Made by a program: the position numbers and the translations under genes | The notes under the pieces: generated by a model | Told to the model about the DNA's origin: nothing | Seen by the model: only the letters and a program-made list of their open reading frames with translations | The model's database searches: none | Assembly: GCA_038213805.1 (NCBI GenBank) | Contig: JBBQSO010000005.1 | Coordinates: 32,001-96,000 of the forward strand | DNA length: 64,000 bases | Direction: 5' to 3' | From: Planctomycetota bacterium | Lineage (GTDB): Bacteria > Planctomycetota > UBA11346 | Shown here: piece after piece, positions 10,334 to 19,618 of the stretch | Layout: every line of letters begins with the position of its first letter | How positions within the stretch are numbered: the first letter of the stretch is position 1

Positions 10334-11053
10334 ATGACTCTGCTGACCGTTTCCGGCCTTTCGAAGCGTTTCGGCAGGCGCCAGGTGGTTTCGGGCGTGA
10401 ATCTCAACGTCTCGCCCGGTGAAATCGTCGGACTGCTCGGCGCCAACGGGGCCGGCAAGAGCACCACCTTCCGCATGATCGTGGGTCTGCTGCGGCCGGA
10501 GTCCGGCTCCATCACCTTTCGCGGCCACGACATCACCGGTCTGCCCATGGACGCGCGCGCCCGCATGGGGTTGGGCTACCTCGCCCAGGAGCCCACCGTC
10601 TTCGCCCAGTTGACCGTCGCCGACAACGTGCTGATCGTGCTCGAGCAGCACTACCCCAAGGCCGAGCACAAGGAGCGCCTCGAGCGACTGCTCGGCGAGC
10701 TCAATCTCGGTCACCTGCGCAGCAGCCTGGCGCGCAGCCTGTCGGGCGGCGAGCGCCGCCGCCTCGAGATCACCCGCGCCCTGGTGGTCGAGCCGCGCCT
10801 GCTGTTCTTCGACGAGCCCTTCGCCGGCGTCGATCCGAAGAGCCGCGCCGACATCACCAACATCTCCAACGAGCTGCGCCGCCGCGGCGTGGCCGTGCTC
10901 ATCACCGACCACCATGCCGAGGCCATCCTCGGGATGGTCGATCGCCTCTACGTGATGGAGTCCGGCAACATCCTGGCCGAGGGCACGCCGGAGCAGATCG
11001 TTGCGAACCCGGCGGTGCGCCGTGCGTACCTGGGGGAGGACTTCGCGCTGTAG
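10334..11053 (+). CDS. lptB: LPS export ABC transporter ATP-binding protein
   Basis: GLLGANGAGKST, GLGYLAQEP, LSGGERRRLEI, DEPFAGVDP, LITDH, YLGEDF; GGAG RBS. Confidence 0.92.
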   Translation: MTLLTVSGLSKRFGRRQVVSGVNLNVSPGEIVGLLGANGAGKSTTFRMIVGLLRPESGSITFRGHDITGLPMDARARMGLGYLAQEPTVFAQLTVADNVLIVLEQHYPKAEHKERLERLLGELNLGHLRSSLARSLSGGERRRLEITRALVVEPRLLFFDEPFAGVDPKSRADITNISNELRRRGVAVLITDHHAEAILGMVDRLYVMESGNILAEGTPEQIVANPAVRRAYLGEDFAL

Positions 11054-11054
11054 G

Positions 11055-11355
11055 GGCTGACGGCCTACGGCTGGCGGCTGACAGCCGACAGCCGTAGGCC
11101 GATAGAACAAGGCGCGGAGACGCGGAGGGTGGATGAGGGAGAGGGGGGTGTGTGGGCTTGGTACTCCATGATGGCCCACGCATTTACGGTCCGATGCGCG
11201 CGGGACCCGCCAGGTCCTTTGATCAGGCCTGGCCCACCAGATCCCCAACGGTCTCCAAAGCCCATCCGATCCCGCGTCTCCTCCGATCTCCGCGTCTCCA
11301 TCCCTCCTGTTCTATCCGCTGTCGGTTGTCAGTTGCCAGCCGCCAGCCGCCAGCC
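11055..11355. repeat. Composite inverted-repeat intergenic element (GGCTGRC-type heptamer arrays outside GATAGAACA..GCGGAGACGCGGAG arms)
   Basis: Left arm 11101-11128 and right arm 11288-11316 are imperfect reverse complements; heptamer arrays at 11055-11100 and 11318-11355. Confidence 0.75.
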
Positions 11356-11401
11356 CTCCCTTCCCCCTTGCCCCGCCCACTTCCCCGCGACATTCCCCAC
11401 C

Positions 11402-12370
11402 ATGCCCGACCTCGACTCTTCGCGGGTGCACGCAGTCATCGGTGACAGCCTGCGCCTGCGTGACGAGGCGCTGGCCGCGCTGCTCGCGCAGTGGCGCGGA
11501 CCGGTGAAGCGCGTGGTCGAACCCGACGACCTCGGGCGCATCGTCCTCGATCTCGACACGCCCTCGCTCTTCGAGGAACCCGCGCTGTGGGTGGTGCGCG
11601 CCGAGGCGCGCTCACTGCGCCGCCACGCCGAGCAGCTGCTGCGCCTGGCCACCCCGGGCGAGGGCGGGCGGCTGGTGCTGGTGATGGCCGCCCCCGATAA
11701 GCCGGGGAAGGGGGCGGATGCCCTCGGTGCCCTGCTCAAGGCCCTCGATAAGCTTGGTGCCCGGCACCTGGTCGGGGCTCCGGATGGGAAGGAACTGTTA
11801 TCCTGGCTCCTTGCCCGCCTCACCGCCCATCCGCAGGGGGTCGATCGACCGCGCCAGGTCGCTGAGGCGCTGATCGCCCACCTTGGAAACGACACCGACG
11901 CCCTGCTTGGGGCGATCGACGTCCTGGCCATCCACGCGGGTGCCGGCCAACTCACCACCGCCGGGGTCGAAGCCGTGGTCAGCGGCGTCGGCGAACAGCC
12001 GATCTGGGAATTCACCGGCGCCGTCCTGGACGGCAACGCCGGCAAGGCCATCGGCCTGCTGCACGCGGGGGGGGGCATGGATGCGCAGCCGACGCTCTCC
12101 GCCCTGGTTGCGGAACTGCGCAAACTGATCGCCTGCACCGAGACCGCCGACGACGGCGAGGCGTTGGCCTGGATCAACGCCCGTGGCCGGCCGAACCTGT
12201 ATTACGCCCGCAGCCGCGCCAAGGCTCTGGGCCGCACCTGCCTGCTGCGTCTGCTCACCGGCGCGATATTGGCCCAACGCCAGTTGCGCCAGGGAGGTGC
12301 GGATCTCGAGCTGATCATAGAGACGCTAGTGCTTCACGCACAGCGCATCGTCCGTCCGGCCCGCCGCTAG
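11402..12370 (+). CDS. holA: DNA polymerase III delta subunit
   Basis: ~320 aa; TPSLFEEPALWVVR motif, IWEFTGAV collar start and C-terminal LIIETLVL pattern typical of HolA. Confidence 0.72.
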   Translation: MPDLDSSRVHAVIGDSLRLRDEALAALLAQWRGPVKRVVEPDDLGRIVLDLDTPSLFEEPALWVVRAEARSLRRHAEQLLRLATPGEGGRLVLVMAAPDKPGKGADALGALLKALDKLGARHLVGAPDGKELLSWLLARLTAHPQGVDRPRQVAEALIAHLGNDTDALLGAIDVLAIHAGAGQLTTAGVEAVVSGVGEQPIWEFTGAVLDGNAGKAIGLLHAGGGMDAQPTLSALVAELRKLIACTETADDGEALAWINARGRPNLYYARSRAKALGRTCLLRLLTGAILAQRQLRQGGADLELIIETLVLHAQRIVRPARR

Positions 12371-12444
12371 ATAGCAGTGGCGGGTTGCAAACCGCTGGCT
12401 TAACTGCGCTCCCGACCATCACGGCGAGTCGAGGGTACCGGGCC

Positions 12445-13905
12445 ATGGACATCTATTTCTGCGATCTTTGCGGTGTACGCGTCACCGATGTCGATTTGCG
12501 TGGGGGTCATGGGATCCGCCGGGTCGATGACGTGATCTGCGCCACCTGCCTTGAGCTCGGTCATGGCAAGGAGTGGTTGGTCCAGCACAACCGTCCGCGA
12601 CAGCCGTCCTCGACCTCGACCCACGCGGTGGCTTCTGCCAAGGGTACCGACACCGCCATGCTGGCGGGCAGGCCGACGCCAGCCGCCGCTGCCCTCAAGG
12701 CCAAGGAATCGCCAACTCTCGATGCCGGCCGGGACCGTGCCCGCACCGTTGAAGAGGACGAGCCCGACGTCGAGCCGGTCGCACCGCGCATCCTCGGCGA
12801 CATCGAGGGCATCTCCACGGCCGCTACCGTGCCCGACAACGAGGCCGAGGCGGCCGCGGGTCTGGGTCTAGATGACGAGCCCGCGCCGCGTTCAGTCCCG
12901 TCGTCCAAGCGTTCCGACTTCGCCGCCGCGGCGAGCGGCTTCTCGGCGCTCGGCGCGCAACCGGCTCAGCAGCGGCATGATGGCGCCGAGGACCTGCGCG
13001 ACGATTCCGGTCACCACCGCGAACTCACCGCGGAGGAGATCGCCTATCACGACGCGGGTGGCGAAGACGCCGACGTCGAGGCCGGCCTGGAGACCGACGA
13101 TGGCAGCGAGGATTCGGACAAGGCCGCGGAGGGCGCCGAGACCGTCGATGGCGAATCGCGAAATGGCGTGGGCGATAACACCGCGACCGCCGAAAATCGG
13201 GCTGCCAGCCTTTCCCGGGAAGATCAGGAAGCCGCCACGGATGAGAACGACCCACCCGAGGTCCAGCCGATGAAGGCCGCCGTACCGCCGCGCAAACCCG
13301 CTGGGCGCCCCGGCGCGCCGCCCGCCTCGTCGGCGCGGACGCCCGCTGGCCGCCCATCGACCGGCCGCATTCCCACGACCAGCGTCCCGAGTCGTGCTGT
13401 CTCCCGCCCCGGCCCATCGAGCACCAAGAACCTCAAGGCCGGCAATTCCAGTAGCAAGAATGCCACCGCCAAGAGCGGCAAGGGCGCCAAGTCATCAGTG
13501 CGCGTCAAACGCAAGACCGACAACAAGAAGGTGTTCATCTTCTCGGCGATCTCGATCTCGATCCTGGTCATCATCATGATCGGGGTCACGGTGACCCGCT
13601 CCGGCCGCCATGCCGCGCCGAAGACCGAGTCGGTCAACATCAGCAAGGAGCTGCGCGAGCACATCGGCAGCGCCAGGAAGCAGGCTCAGGCCGCGATCGA
13701 GAGCAAGTCCATTGAACAGCTGAAGAGCGCCAGGATCGCAATCATGGACGTGGATAAGGAGGTCGAGACATTTGGCAAGTATGCCAAGGACCACGGTCGG
13801 TCGCAGGAAGAGATTGAGCGAGAGATCGAAATCTCCGGCCTGCAGGCGCTCGACCTCCTAAAGAAGAATATCGGCGACAAGATCGCCAGTCTGAGCGTGC
13901 ACTGA
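12445..13905 (+). CDS. Hypothetical bitopic membrane protein with N-terminal Cys4 zinc finger and long disordered linker
   Basis: CDLC...CATC; acidic then Pro/Ser/Lys-rich low-complexity region; one TM helix (VFIFSAISISILVIIMIGVTV); helical C-terminus. Confidence 0.75.
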   Translation: MDIYFCDLCGVRVTDVDLRGGHGIRRVDDVICATCLELGHGKEWLVQHNRPRQPSSTSTHAVASAKGTDTAMLAGRPTPAAAALKAKESPTLDAGRDRARTVEEDEPDVEPVAPRILGDIEGISTAATVPDNEAEAAAGLGLDDEPAPRSVPSSKRSDFAAAASGFSALGAQPAQQRHDGAEDLRDDSGHHRELTAEEIAYHDAGGEDADVEAGLETDDGSEDSDKAAEGAETVDGESRNGVGDNTATAENRAASLSREDQEAATDENDPPEVQPMKAAVPPRKPAGRPGAPPASSARTPAGRPSTGRIPTTSVPSRAVSRPGPSSTKNLKAGNSSSKNATAKSGKGAKSSVRVKRKTDNKKVFIFSAISISILVIIMIGVTVTRSGRHAAPKTESVNISKELREHIGSARKQAQAAIESKSIEQLKSARIAIMDVDKEVETFGKYAKDHGRSQEEIEREIEISGLQALDLLKKNIGDKIASLSVH

Positions 13906-13978
13906 GCCGCCTCCCTGATCGCGGCACGGTCCAGGTCCGGGCGATTGCGCCCCGGGACTTTCGCCCACCATCCGGCCC

Positions 13979-15229
13979 ATGACCGGATCCCTCATCCAAC
14001 CCGCAGCCCTGCGCGATGCCCGCTCCGCAGCCTGGTGGGCGCTCGCCGAAGTCGCCTCCGGCCGCAGCGAGCGCCTCGGCGAGGCCATAGAATCATGCAC
14101 GGCACTGGACGGCCGCGACGCCGCCCTGGCGCGCGAGCTGGCACTGGGGGTGGCGCGCAATGAACGTCTTTATGACGCGCTTGCCGATCGCTGGCTGAAG
14201 CCGGGCCGCCAGCCAGAGGCGCTGCGTCTGGCGCTGCGCCTGGCTGCGCACCAGCTCTTCGGCCTTGACCGCATCCCGCCTCACGCGGCGACCAACGACA
14301 CCCTGCTGGTGTTGCGCCGCATGGGCGGGCAGCGGTTGGTCGGGGTCGCCAACGCGGTGATGCGCCGGCTCGCCGGGCTGCGCCAGGAGGAACGCAGCTC
14401 CCCGGGCCCGCTCGGCCGGCTGCCGGTCGAGGTGTGGCCGGAATCACCGGCGGTGCGTCACGGCCTGCCCGACCTGCTGGTCGCCGACCTGCGCAGCCAG
14501 CTCGATGAGGGAGCCGATAGCAAGCTCGCCGCGCTCGGTCGCGCGCCGATGCTGTGCACGCGCAGTCGGCCGGGCGCTCCGGCGGTGAACGGCGCGAGCA
14601 TCCTGCGCCGCGACGGGCCGTGGACGTGGTGGGATGATCCTGAAGAGGCGCTGCGCGGGCCAGTGGCGGTCGGGCACGCGGTGGTGCAGGACTTCGCCCA
14701 GGGGCACGTCATCGCTGCGGCCGCGCCCCGCCCCGGCGCGCTGGTCCTGGACGTCTGCGCCGCCCCCGGGGGCAAGGCCCTGGCGCTGGCCGACCACGGC
14801 TGCCGGGTCATCGCCGCAGACAATGCCGCGTCGCGTCTGGGGCGCCTGCTGCGCACACTGGACGGTGCCGCGCCGGTGGTGCTGCAGGACGGCCGCCACC
14901 CCGCGCTGGCAGCGGCGTTCGACGTGGTGTTCGTCGATGCCCCGTGCTCGAACACCGGCGTGCTCGGCCGCCGCGTCGAGGCGCGCTGGCGTTACGACCG
15001 CCGCCATCTGGGTCCCCTCGAGGTGCTGCAGCGCGACCTGCTCGCCGCCGCCGCGACGCTGGTCGCGGACGGTGGCAAACTGGTCTACAGCACCTGCAGC
15101 GTCAGCCCGCGCGAAAACCAGGCCATCGCCCAAGCCCTGCCCGGCTGGCGCCTGCTGGTCGAACAGCTGACCTGGCCCGACCAGTGGCAGGGGGGTGGGT
15201 ACGTGGCGGTGCTGGTGCGGATCGGGTGA
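13979..15229 (+). CDS. rsmB: RsmB/Sun-family RNA m5C methyltransferase with NusB-like N-terminal domain
   Basis: DRIPPHAA..NAVMRR N-domain; DVCAAPGGK, DAPCSNTG, YSTCS motifs. Confidence 0.85.
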   Translation: MTGSLIQPAALRDARSAAWWALAEVASGRSERLGEAIESCTALDGRDAALARELALGVARNERLYDALADRWLKPGRQPEALRLALRLAAHQLFGLDRIPPHAATNDTLLVLRRMGGQRLVGVANAVMRRLAGLRQEERSSPGPLGRLPVEVWPESPAVRHGLPDLLVADLRSQLDEGADSKLAALGRAPMLCTRSRPGAPAVNGASILRRDGPWTWWDDPEEALRGPVAVGHAVVQDFAQGHVIAAAAPRPGALVLDVCAAPGGKALALADHGCRVIAADNAASRLGRLLRTLDGAAPVVLQDGRHPALAAAFDVVFVDAPCSNTGVLGRRVEARWRYDRRHLGPLEVLQRDLLAAAATLVADGGKLVYSTCSVSPRENQAIAQALPGWRLLVEQLTWPDQWQGGGYVAVLVRIG

Positions 15230-15333
15230 CTTCCGTTACCGGGATCGGCGCGTTGCACTTGGCCTGAAACGCTTACCTGCCGAGTGCGCCTCAGCGATCC
15301 CAGGGGCAGCATCCGCTGGTGTGCGGCGAAATG

Positions 15334-16035
15334 TTACGGCAGCGTGGAAATCCGATAATTCCTGAAGAACACTGGCGCGTCGCCATGCTTCCCCTGCAGG
15401 CCGATCTTCCCTGTGGTCGCCATGTCTGCCATCGCCTTGGCCAGCCAGGGCGGAGTCTCGCTACCGTCGGGGTTCTTGCTGGCCGAGGTCCAGCGCTTCA
15501 TGTCGGCGTCGACGGTCAGGGTGTCGTTGAGCAGGACGGTCAGGTGCGGGCCTTTGCAGGCGACGGTCATGCGGTTCCACTCGCCCGTCTTCTTGACCAC
15601 CTGCTTGGCCGGGGCGAGGCGGCCGAAGATGCCAGCGCACTTCCAGGTCGGGGCGACGTCCTTCCACTTGTCCGCGTAGTCGTCGAGGATTTGCAGCTCG
15701 ATCGAGTTGGGGATCCAGTTGTGGATGTCGGTGCAGTAGATCACCACGCCGCTGTTGGTGCCGACCGAGTCCTTGAACTCGAGATCGACGACGAAGTTCT
15801 CGTGATCCTGCTTCGTCCAGATGGTCTCATCCTTCGAGGCGGTGAGCTCGCCCGCCACGATGGTCCACACGCCGGCGGGGAAATCCGCATCCGACAGGTC
15901 CGGGGCGAACAGCGCGGGCCACGCAGAAGAATCGGGGTGCTTGGTCACCAGCGGGCCCTCGGCGGCCATGGCCGGCCCGGCGAGGGCCACCAGGGCGATG
16001 GCGAAGATGGGGAGCAGGGCGGGAATCGGGTTCAT
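15334..16035 (-). CDS. DUF1080 (3-keto-disaccharide hydrolase family) secreted protein
   Basis: Signal peptide; NSGV, ELQILD, GEWN, GKIGLQGKH, FRN motifs. Confidence 0.85.
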   Translation of the reverse strand: MNPIPALLPIFAIALVALAGPAMAAEGPLVTKHPDSSAWPALFAPDLSDADFPAGVWTIVAGELTASKDETIWTKQDHENFVVDLEFKDSVGTNSGVVIYCTDIHNWIPNSIELQILDDYADKWKDVAPTWKCAGIFGRLAPAKQVVKKTGEWNRMTVACKGPHLTVLLNDTLTVDADMKRWTSASKNPDGSETPPWLAKAMADMATTGKIGLQGKHGDAPVFFRNYRISTLP

Positions 16036-16129
16036 GCGGTCTTCTCGTTGGGCTGAAGGTGAGCTTAAGAAGTGAGCGACGGCGGAAGTCTGATACAGAT
16101 GCGTCCAGCCGCCGTGGACTGTACATGTG

Positions 16130-16360
16130 CTAGGGAACAATCCTACGCTGTACCTCCACCAACTCATCTGGCTTGAGTTCCCTGGAGAATTCCCGCAGGA
16201 ACTGGGCGTAGCTCTCTGCGACCTCGGCATCGTGCACGAAGATGAGGGCTTTGGCCGCGGACTCGATCATGGTGGCCTCGGGGCTGCCGGATGGCTGTGC
16301 GGCCGCCAGCTTCTCCAGCAGGGCCAGCGTCCTGATCAATTCGCCACCGCGCGCGTTCAT
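16130..16360 (-). CDS. Small hypothetical helical protein (76 aa)
   Basis: ATGA overlap with the upstream gene stop; amphipathic helical composition. Confidence 0.55.
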   Translation of the reverse strand: MNARGGELIRTLALLEKLAAAQPSGSPEATMIESAAKALIFVHDAEVAESYAQFLREFSRELKPDELVEVQRRIVP

Positions 16361-18264
16361 CGCTCCATCCGGTAGATCCCGGGCTTCACGCGCCCGAAAC
16401 CACCGTCTGCCGCGCGCGCGACGTTGCCACCGCTGAGCGTGTCCACCAGTCGCACGGTCGCATCATACGGCGCCGGCAATCGCACCGGCGTATCGTGGCC
16501 ATGCTCCGGGCACGACACGATGAGCAGGTCATCGATCACCGACAGGTCGCCGACCAGGTGGATGAAGGCGTCGCGGCCGCCGCGCTCACGGGCCAGGCGC
16601 GTGAGCGCGCGGTCGAAGTCGACAAGCTCGGGCCGGCCAGTGACGCGGATGAACCCGCTCGCGGGGTTGGCGAAGGGGCCCTGGTCGATGACCAGGCGCT
16701 TGGGCGCGTGCTGGTTCAGTTGCAGCAGGAAGTCGCGTGGGCCCATGCCATCCACCGAGCGCACCGGATTGGTGTTCACCGAGAAGATGTCGATCGGCGC
16801 CTCGAGCGTGCTGCCCTCGCCGAGCATGATCGCCTCGGGATCGCACTCCTTGATGCAGGCGTGGACCTCGCGCATGAAGCGCAGCGCCATCAGGTTGGTG
16901 TCGCCGGGCCAGCGCATGAAGCTGCGCGGACGGAAATCCGGCGGGAACGCCCAGCTCAGGCAGTCGAAGAAGATGCCCTTGGCACCGCACTCCGTGATGT
17001 AGAAGCGGATCCACTTCTTCGTGTATTCAAGGTAGCCCGGGTGGCCCGGGTTGATGTGCGTGAGCCCGCCCTGGTCCAGCGAGCCCCATGATGCGCAGAC
17101 CCGCCCGTCGCAGCCGCGGATGAACCAGTCGTCATCGATGTCTGCGCCGCCACGGTAAAGCAGTCCGGCGTGCGACATCCACACCAGCCATGGGATGCCG
17201 CGCGCCGCCAGGCTGCGGCCCATCGCCTTGAACTCTTCGATCGGGCCGTGGTTGGGGTCGGGCTCATAGCCGAGCGGCGCAGTGCCGCTGTGCACCGGGC
17301 GGTTGGTGACCAGCGAATACGCGAAGCCGCTGCACTCACCGCGTTCGACCTCGGCGATCCAGGCGGCGCCCTGCTCGCGCCAGGTCGGCTGGTTGTTCCA
17401 GGCCAGACCCAGCTTCCACGCGACCTTCGCCACCCACCCTGGCGGCTCCTGGTAGTAGTGGGTCACGTACGCGCCCAACCAGCGCATCATCTCGGCGCGG
17501 TCGCGACCGTAATACAGCTTCACTTCGGGGAGCTGGATGGACTCGCCAAGGCCGAGGAGGCCGTGCAGGGTGAAATCGTAGCCCACGCCGCGACCCGCGT
17601 GTTCGAGGCCGAGGATGTAGCCGACCTGCGCCTGGCGGCAGGTGATGGCCAGCCAGTGCCCGGTCTTCGCGTTGTAGTACAGGCCGCCGTGGATGAGCAT
17701 GCAGCCGGGGTAGATGCGCCGCCAGACGTTCTGCAGGAAACGCTTGCAGGCTTCGGGCGTGTCGTGCTCGTAGCCGACGTGGCCGGCCTCGTCGCTGGGG
17801 CCGCTGGAATGCGACGACGCGAACACCATGCGCGTGTCCTCGCCCCAGAATTTCCAGTTCCAGTTCATGATGCCGAGCTGATCGGCCCACAGGGGCGCCT
17901 CGACCACCGGCCCGCCTGGGCCGGGCACCGGGCAGGTCTGATCGGCGAACTCGCGCCGCACCAGGGTCTGGATTCCGAAGCAGTTGAACGGGGTCTTGGC
18001 GCGTCCGCCCATGACGCGCGCCAGGACCAGGCCCCAGCCGCAGAACTGGTCGACGAAGCGTTCACCCTTCAGGTGGGTGACCGGCGGCTCGATGCCTGGC
18101 CGGTTCGGGTCGGTGTGCGGGCGCAGCTTCAGGGGTAGGCCGTTCACCCACAGCTCGGAACGGCACGGTTCGACCTGGTCGAGCAGTTCAGCCCCGTAGA
18201 GGCGCACCGACGCCACCTGCCCGGTGCCGGGATCGGTGGCGACCTGAAGATCGGGGGTGGTCAT
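16357..18264 (-). CDS. Putative glycoside hydrolase (beta-sandwich plus TIM barrel), family unassigned
   Basis: ATG at 18264 with AAGGAAGG RBS; INPGHPGYLEY...GAKGIFFDC motif resembles the nucleophile region of GH13/GH36-type barrels; IMLGEG candidate acid/base. Confidence 0.6.
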   Translation of the reverse strand: MTTPDLQVATDPGTGQVASVRLYGAELLDQVEPCRSELWVNGLPLKLRPHTDPNRPGIEPPVTHLKGERFVDQFCGWGLVLARVMGGRAKTPFNCFGIQTLVRREFADQTCPVPGPGGPVVEAPLWADQLGIMNWNWKFWGEDTRMVFASSHSSGPSDEAGHVGYEHDTPEACKRFLQNVWRRIYPGCMLIHGGLYYNAKTGHWLAITCRQAQVGYILGLEHAGRGVGYDFTLHGLLGLGESIQLPEVKLYYGRDRAEMMRWLGAYVTHYYQEPPGWVAKVAWKLGLAWNNQPTWREQGAAWIAEVERGECSGFAYSLVTNRPVHSGTAPLGYEPDPNHGPIEEFKAMGRSLAARGIPWLVWMSHAGLLYRGGADIDDDWFIRGCDGRVCASWGSLDQGGLTHINPGHPGYLEYTKKWIRFYITECGAKGIFFDCLSWAFPPDFRPRSFMRWPGDTNLMALRFMREVHACIKECDPEAIMLGEGSTLEAPIDIFSVNTNPVRSVDGMGPRDFLLQLNQHAPKRLVIDQGPFANPASGFIRVTGRPELVDFDRALTRLARERGGRDAFIHLVGDLSVIDDLLIVSCPEHGHDTPVRLPAPYDATVRLVDTLSGGNVARAADGGFGRVKPGIYRMER

Positions 18265-18630
18265 GGTCCCTTCCTTGGGCGCGGCATGGGCTTGGGCGAC
18301 GGCTCTTGGTGACCGGTATGGATACCGCCAGTCAAGCGCCTGGCGCAACTGCCGCTACCGGGAATTGGAGGAAAGGAGCTACCGTCGAAGCGCGGAGAAG
18401 GAGGCAGAGATACCGTAAAGGCGAGCTTTCCAGGGCTGGCAGGTCATTGCATCCAATTCAGCCACTCCCACGGCCGGCCTCTGCGACCTTTGCGCTGCCC
18501 TTATGCCCCACTGTGGTAAGTTCGTTTGGTTCCGGAGCCATTGTGTAGTTACACGGAAAATGCTTGAAAATAATATTAACATCATCGAATCAGCGTATCC
18601 CCCGGCGCTGCCGGACCACCCCGGATCCGC

Positions 18631-19602
18631 ATGCTCTACCGCCCCCTGGGCCGCACCGGCCTGAACGTCTCCATCCTTGGCTTTGGGGCGTCACCGCTCG
18701 GCGGCGTCTTCGGCCCAGTCGCCGATGCCGAGGCCACGCGCGCCGTGCGCACAGCCATCGATCTGGGCGTGAACCTCTTCGACACCTCGCCCTTCTATGG
18801 GCTGACGGCCTCTGAGCGCGTGCTCGGCCAATGCCTGGTGGGCGTGCCGCGCGAGCGTTATCTGCTCGCCAGCAAGGTCGGACGTTATGGCCAGGACGAG
18901 TTCGACTTCTCGGCAGCACGCGTCACGGCCAGCGTGGAAGCAAGTCTGGCGCGGCTACGCTGCGGGCACCTCGACCTCATCCAATGCCACGATATCGAAT
19001 TCACGAGCCTCGCGCAGATCGTCGAAGAGACCCTGCCGGCCCTGCGCCGGCTGCGCGACCAGGGCAAGGTGCGGTTCATCGGCATCACCGGTCTGCCGCT
19101 GTCCGCGCTGCGCGCGGTGGTCGAGCGCACTGCGATCGACAGCGTGCTCTCGTACTGTCGCTATGGCCTGCACGACACCGCGCTGGCCGCGCAGCTGCCG
19201 GCACTGCAGGCGCACGGCGTCGGCGTGCTCAGCGCTGCACCCCTTGCCATGGGCCTGCTGAACGCCGGCGGCGGGCCGGCGTGGCATCCCGCTGATCCGG
19301 AACTGAAGGCGGCCTGTCAGCGCGTCTGGCGACATTGCCAGGAACGCGGCGCCGATCTCGGCCGGCTCGCGGTGCAGTTCGCCCTCGCCCATCCCGGCAT
19401 CGCCTCGACTTTCGTCGGGATCGCCAGCACTGCCGAGGTCGAGCGCAATGCGGCCTGCGTCGGCACGGCGCCCGATGCGCAACTCCTGGGCGAGGTTCTG
19501 AACATCCTCGCGCCTGTGCACGGCCGCACCTGGCCGAGCGGCCTGCCCATGAATCAGGACCCCGGCGTCCGTGCGCCGGTCCTCACCCTCAGCACTCCCT
19601 GA
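18631..19602 (+). CDS. Aldo/keto reductase, L-galactose dehydrogenase-like
   Basis: GFGASPLGGVFG, DTSPFYG, KVGRY, CHDIEF, RFIGITGLPL, WHPA motifs characteristic of L-galactose 1-dehydrogenases. Confidence 0.8.
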   Translation: MLYRPLGRTGLNVSILGFGASPLGGVFGPVADAEATRAVRTAIDLGVNLFDTSPFYGLTASERVLGQCLVGVPRERYLLASKVGRYGQDEFDFSAARVTASVEASLARLRCGHLDLIQCHDIEFTSLAQIVEETLPALRRLRDQGKVRFIGITGLPLSALRAVVERTAIDSVLSYCRYGLHDTALAAQLPALQAHGVGVLSAAPLAMGLLNAGGGPAWHPADPELKAACQRVWRHCQERGADLGRLAVQFALAHPGIASTFVGIASTAEVERNAACVGTAPDAQLLGEVLNILAPVHGRTWPSGLPMNQDPGVRAPVLTLSTP

Positions 19603-19618
19603 CTCCAGGACCACCTCC

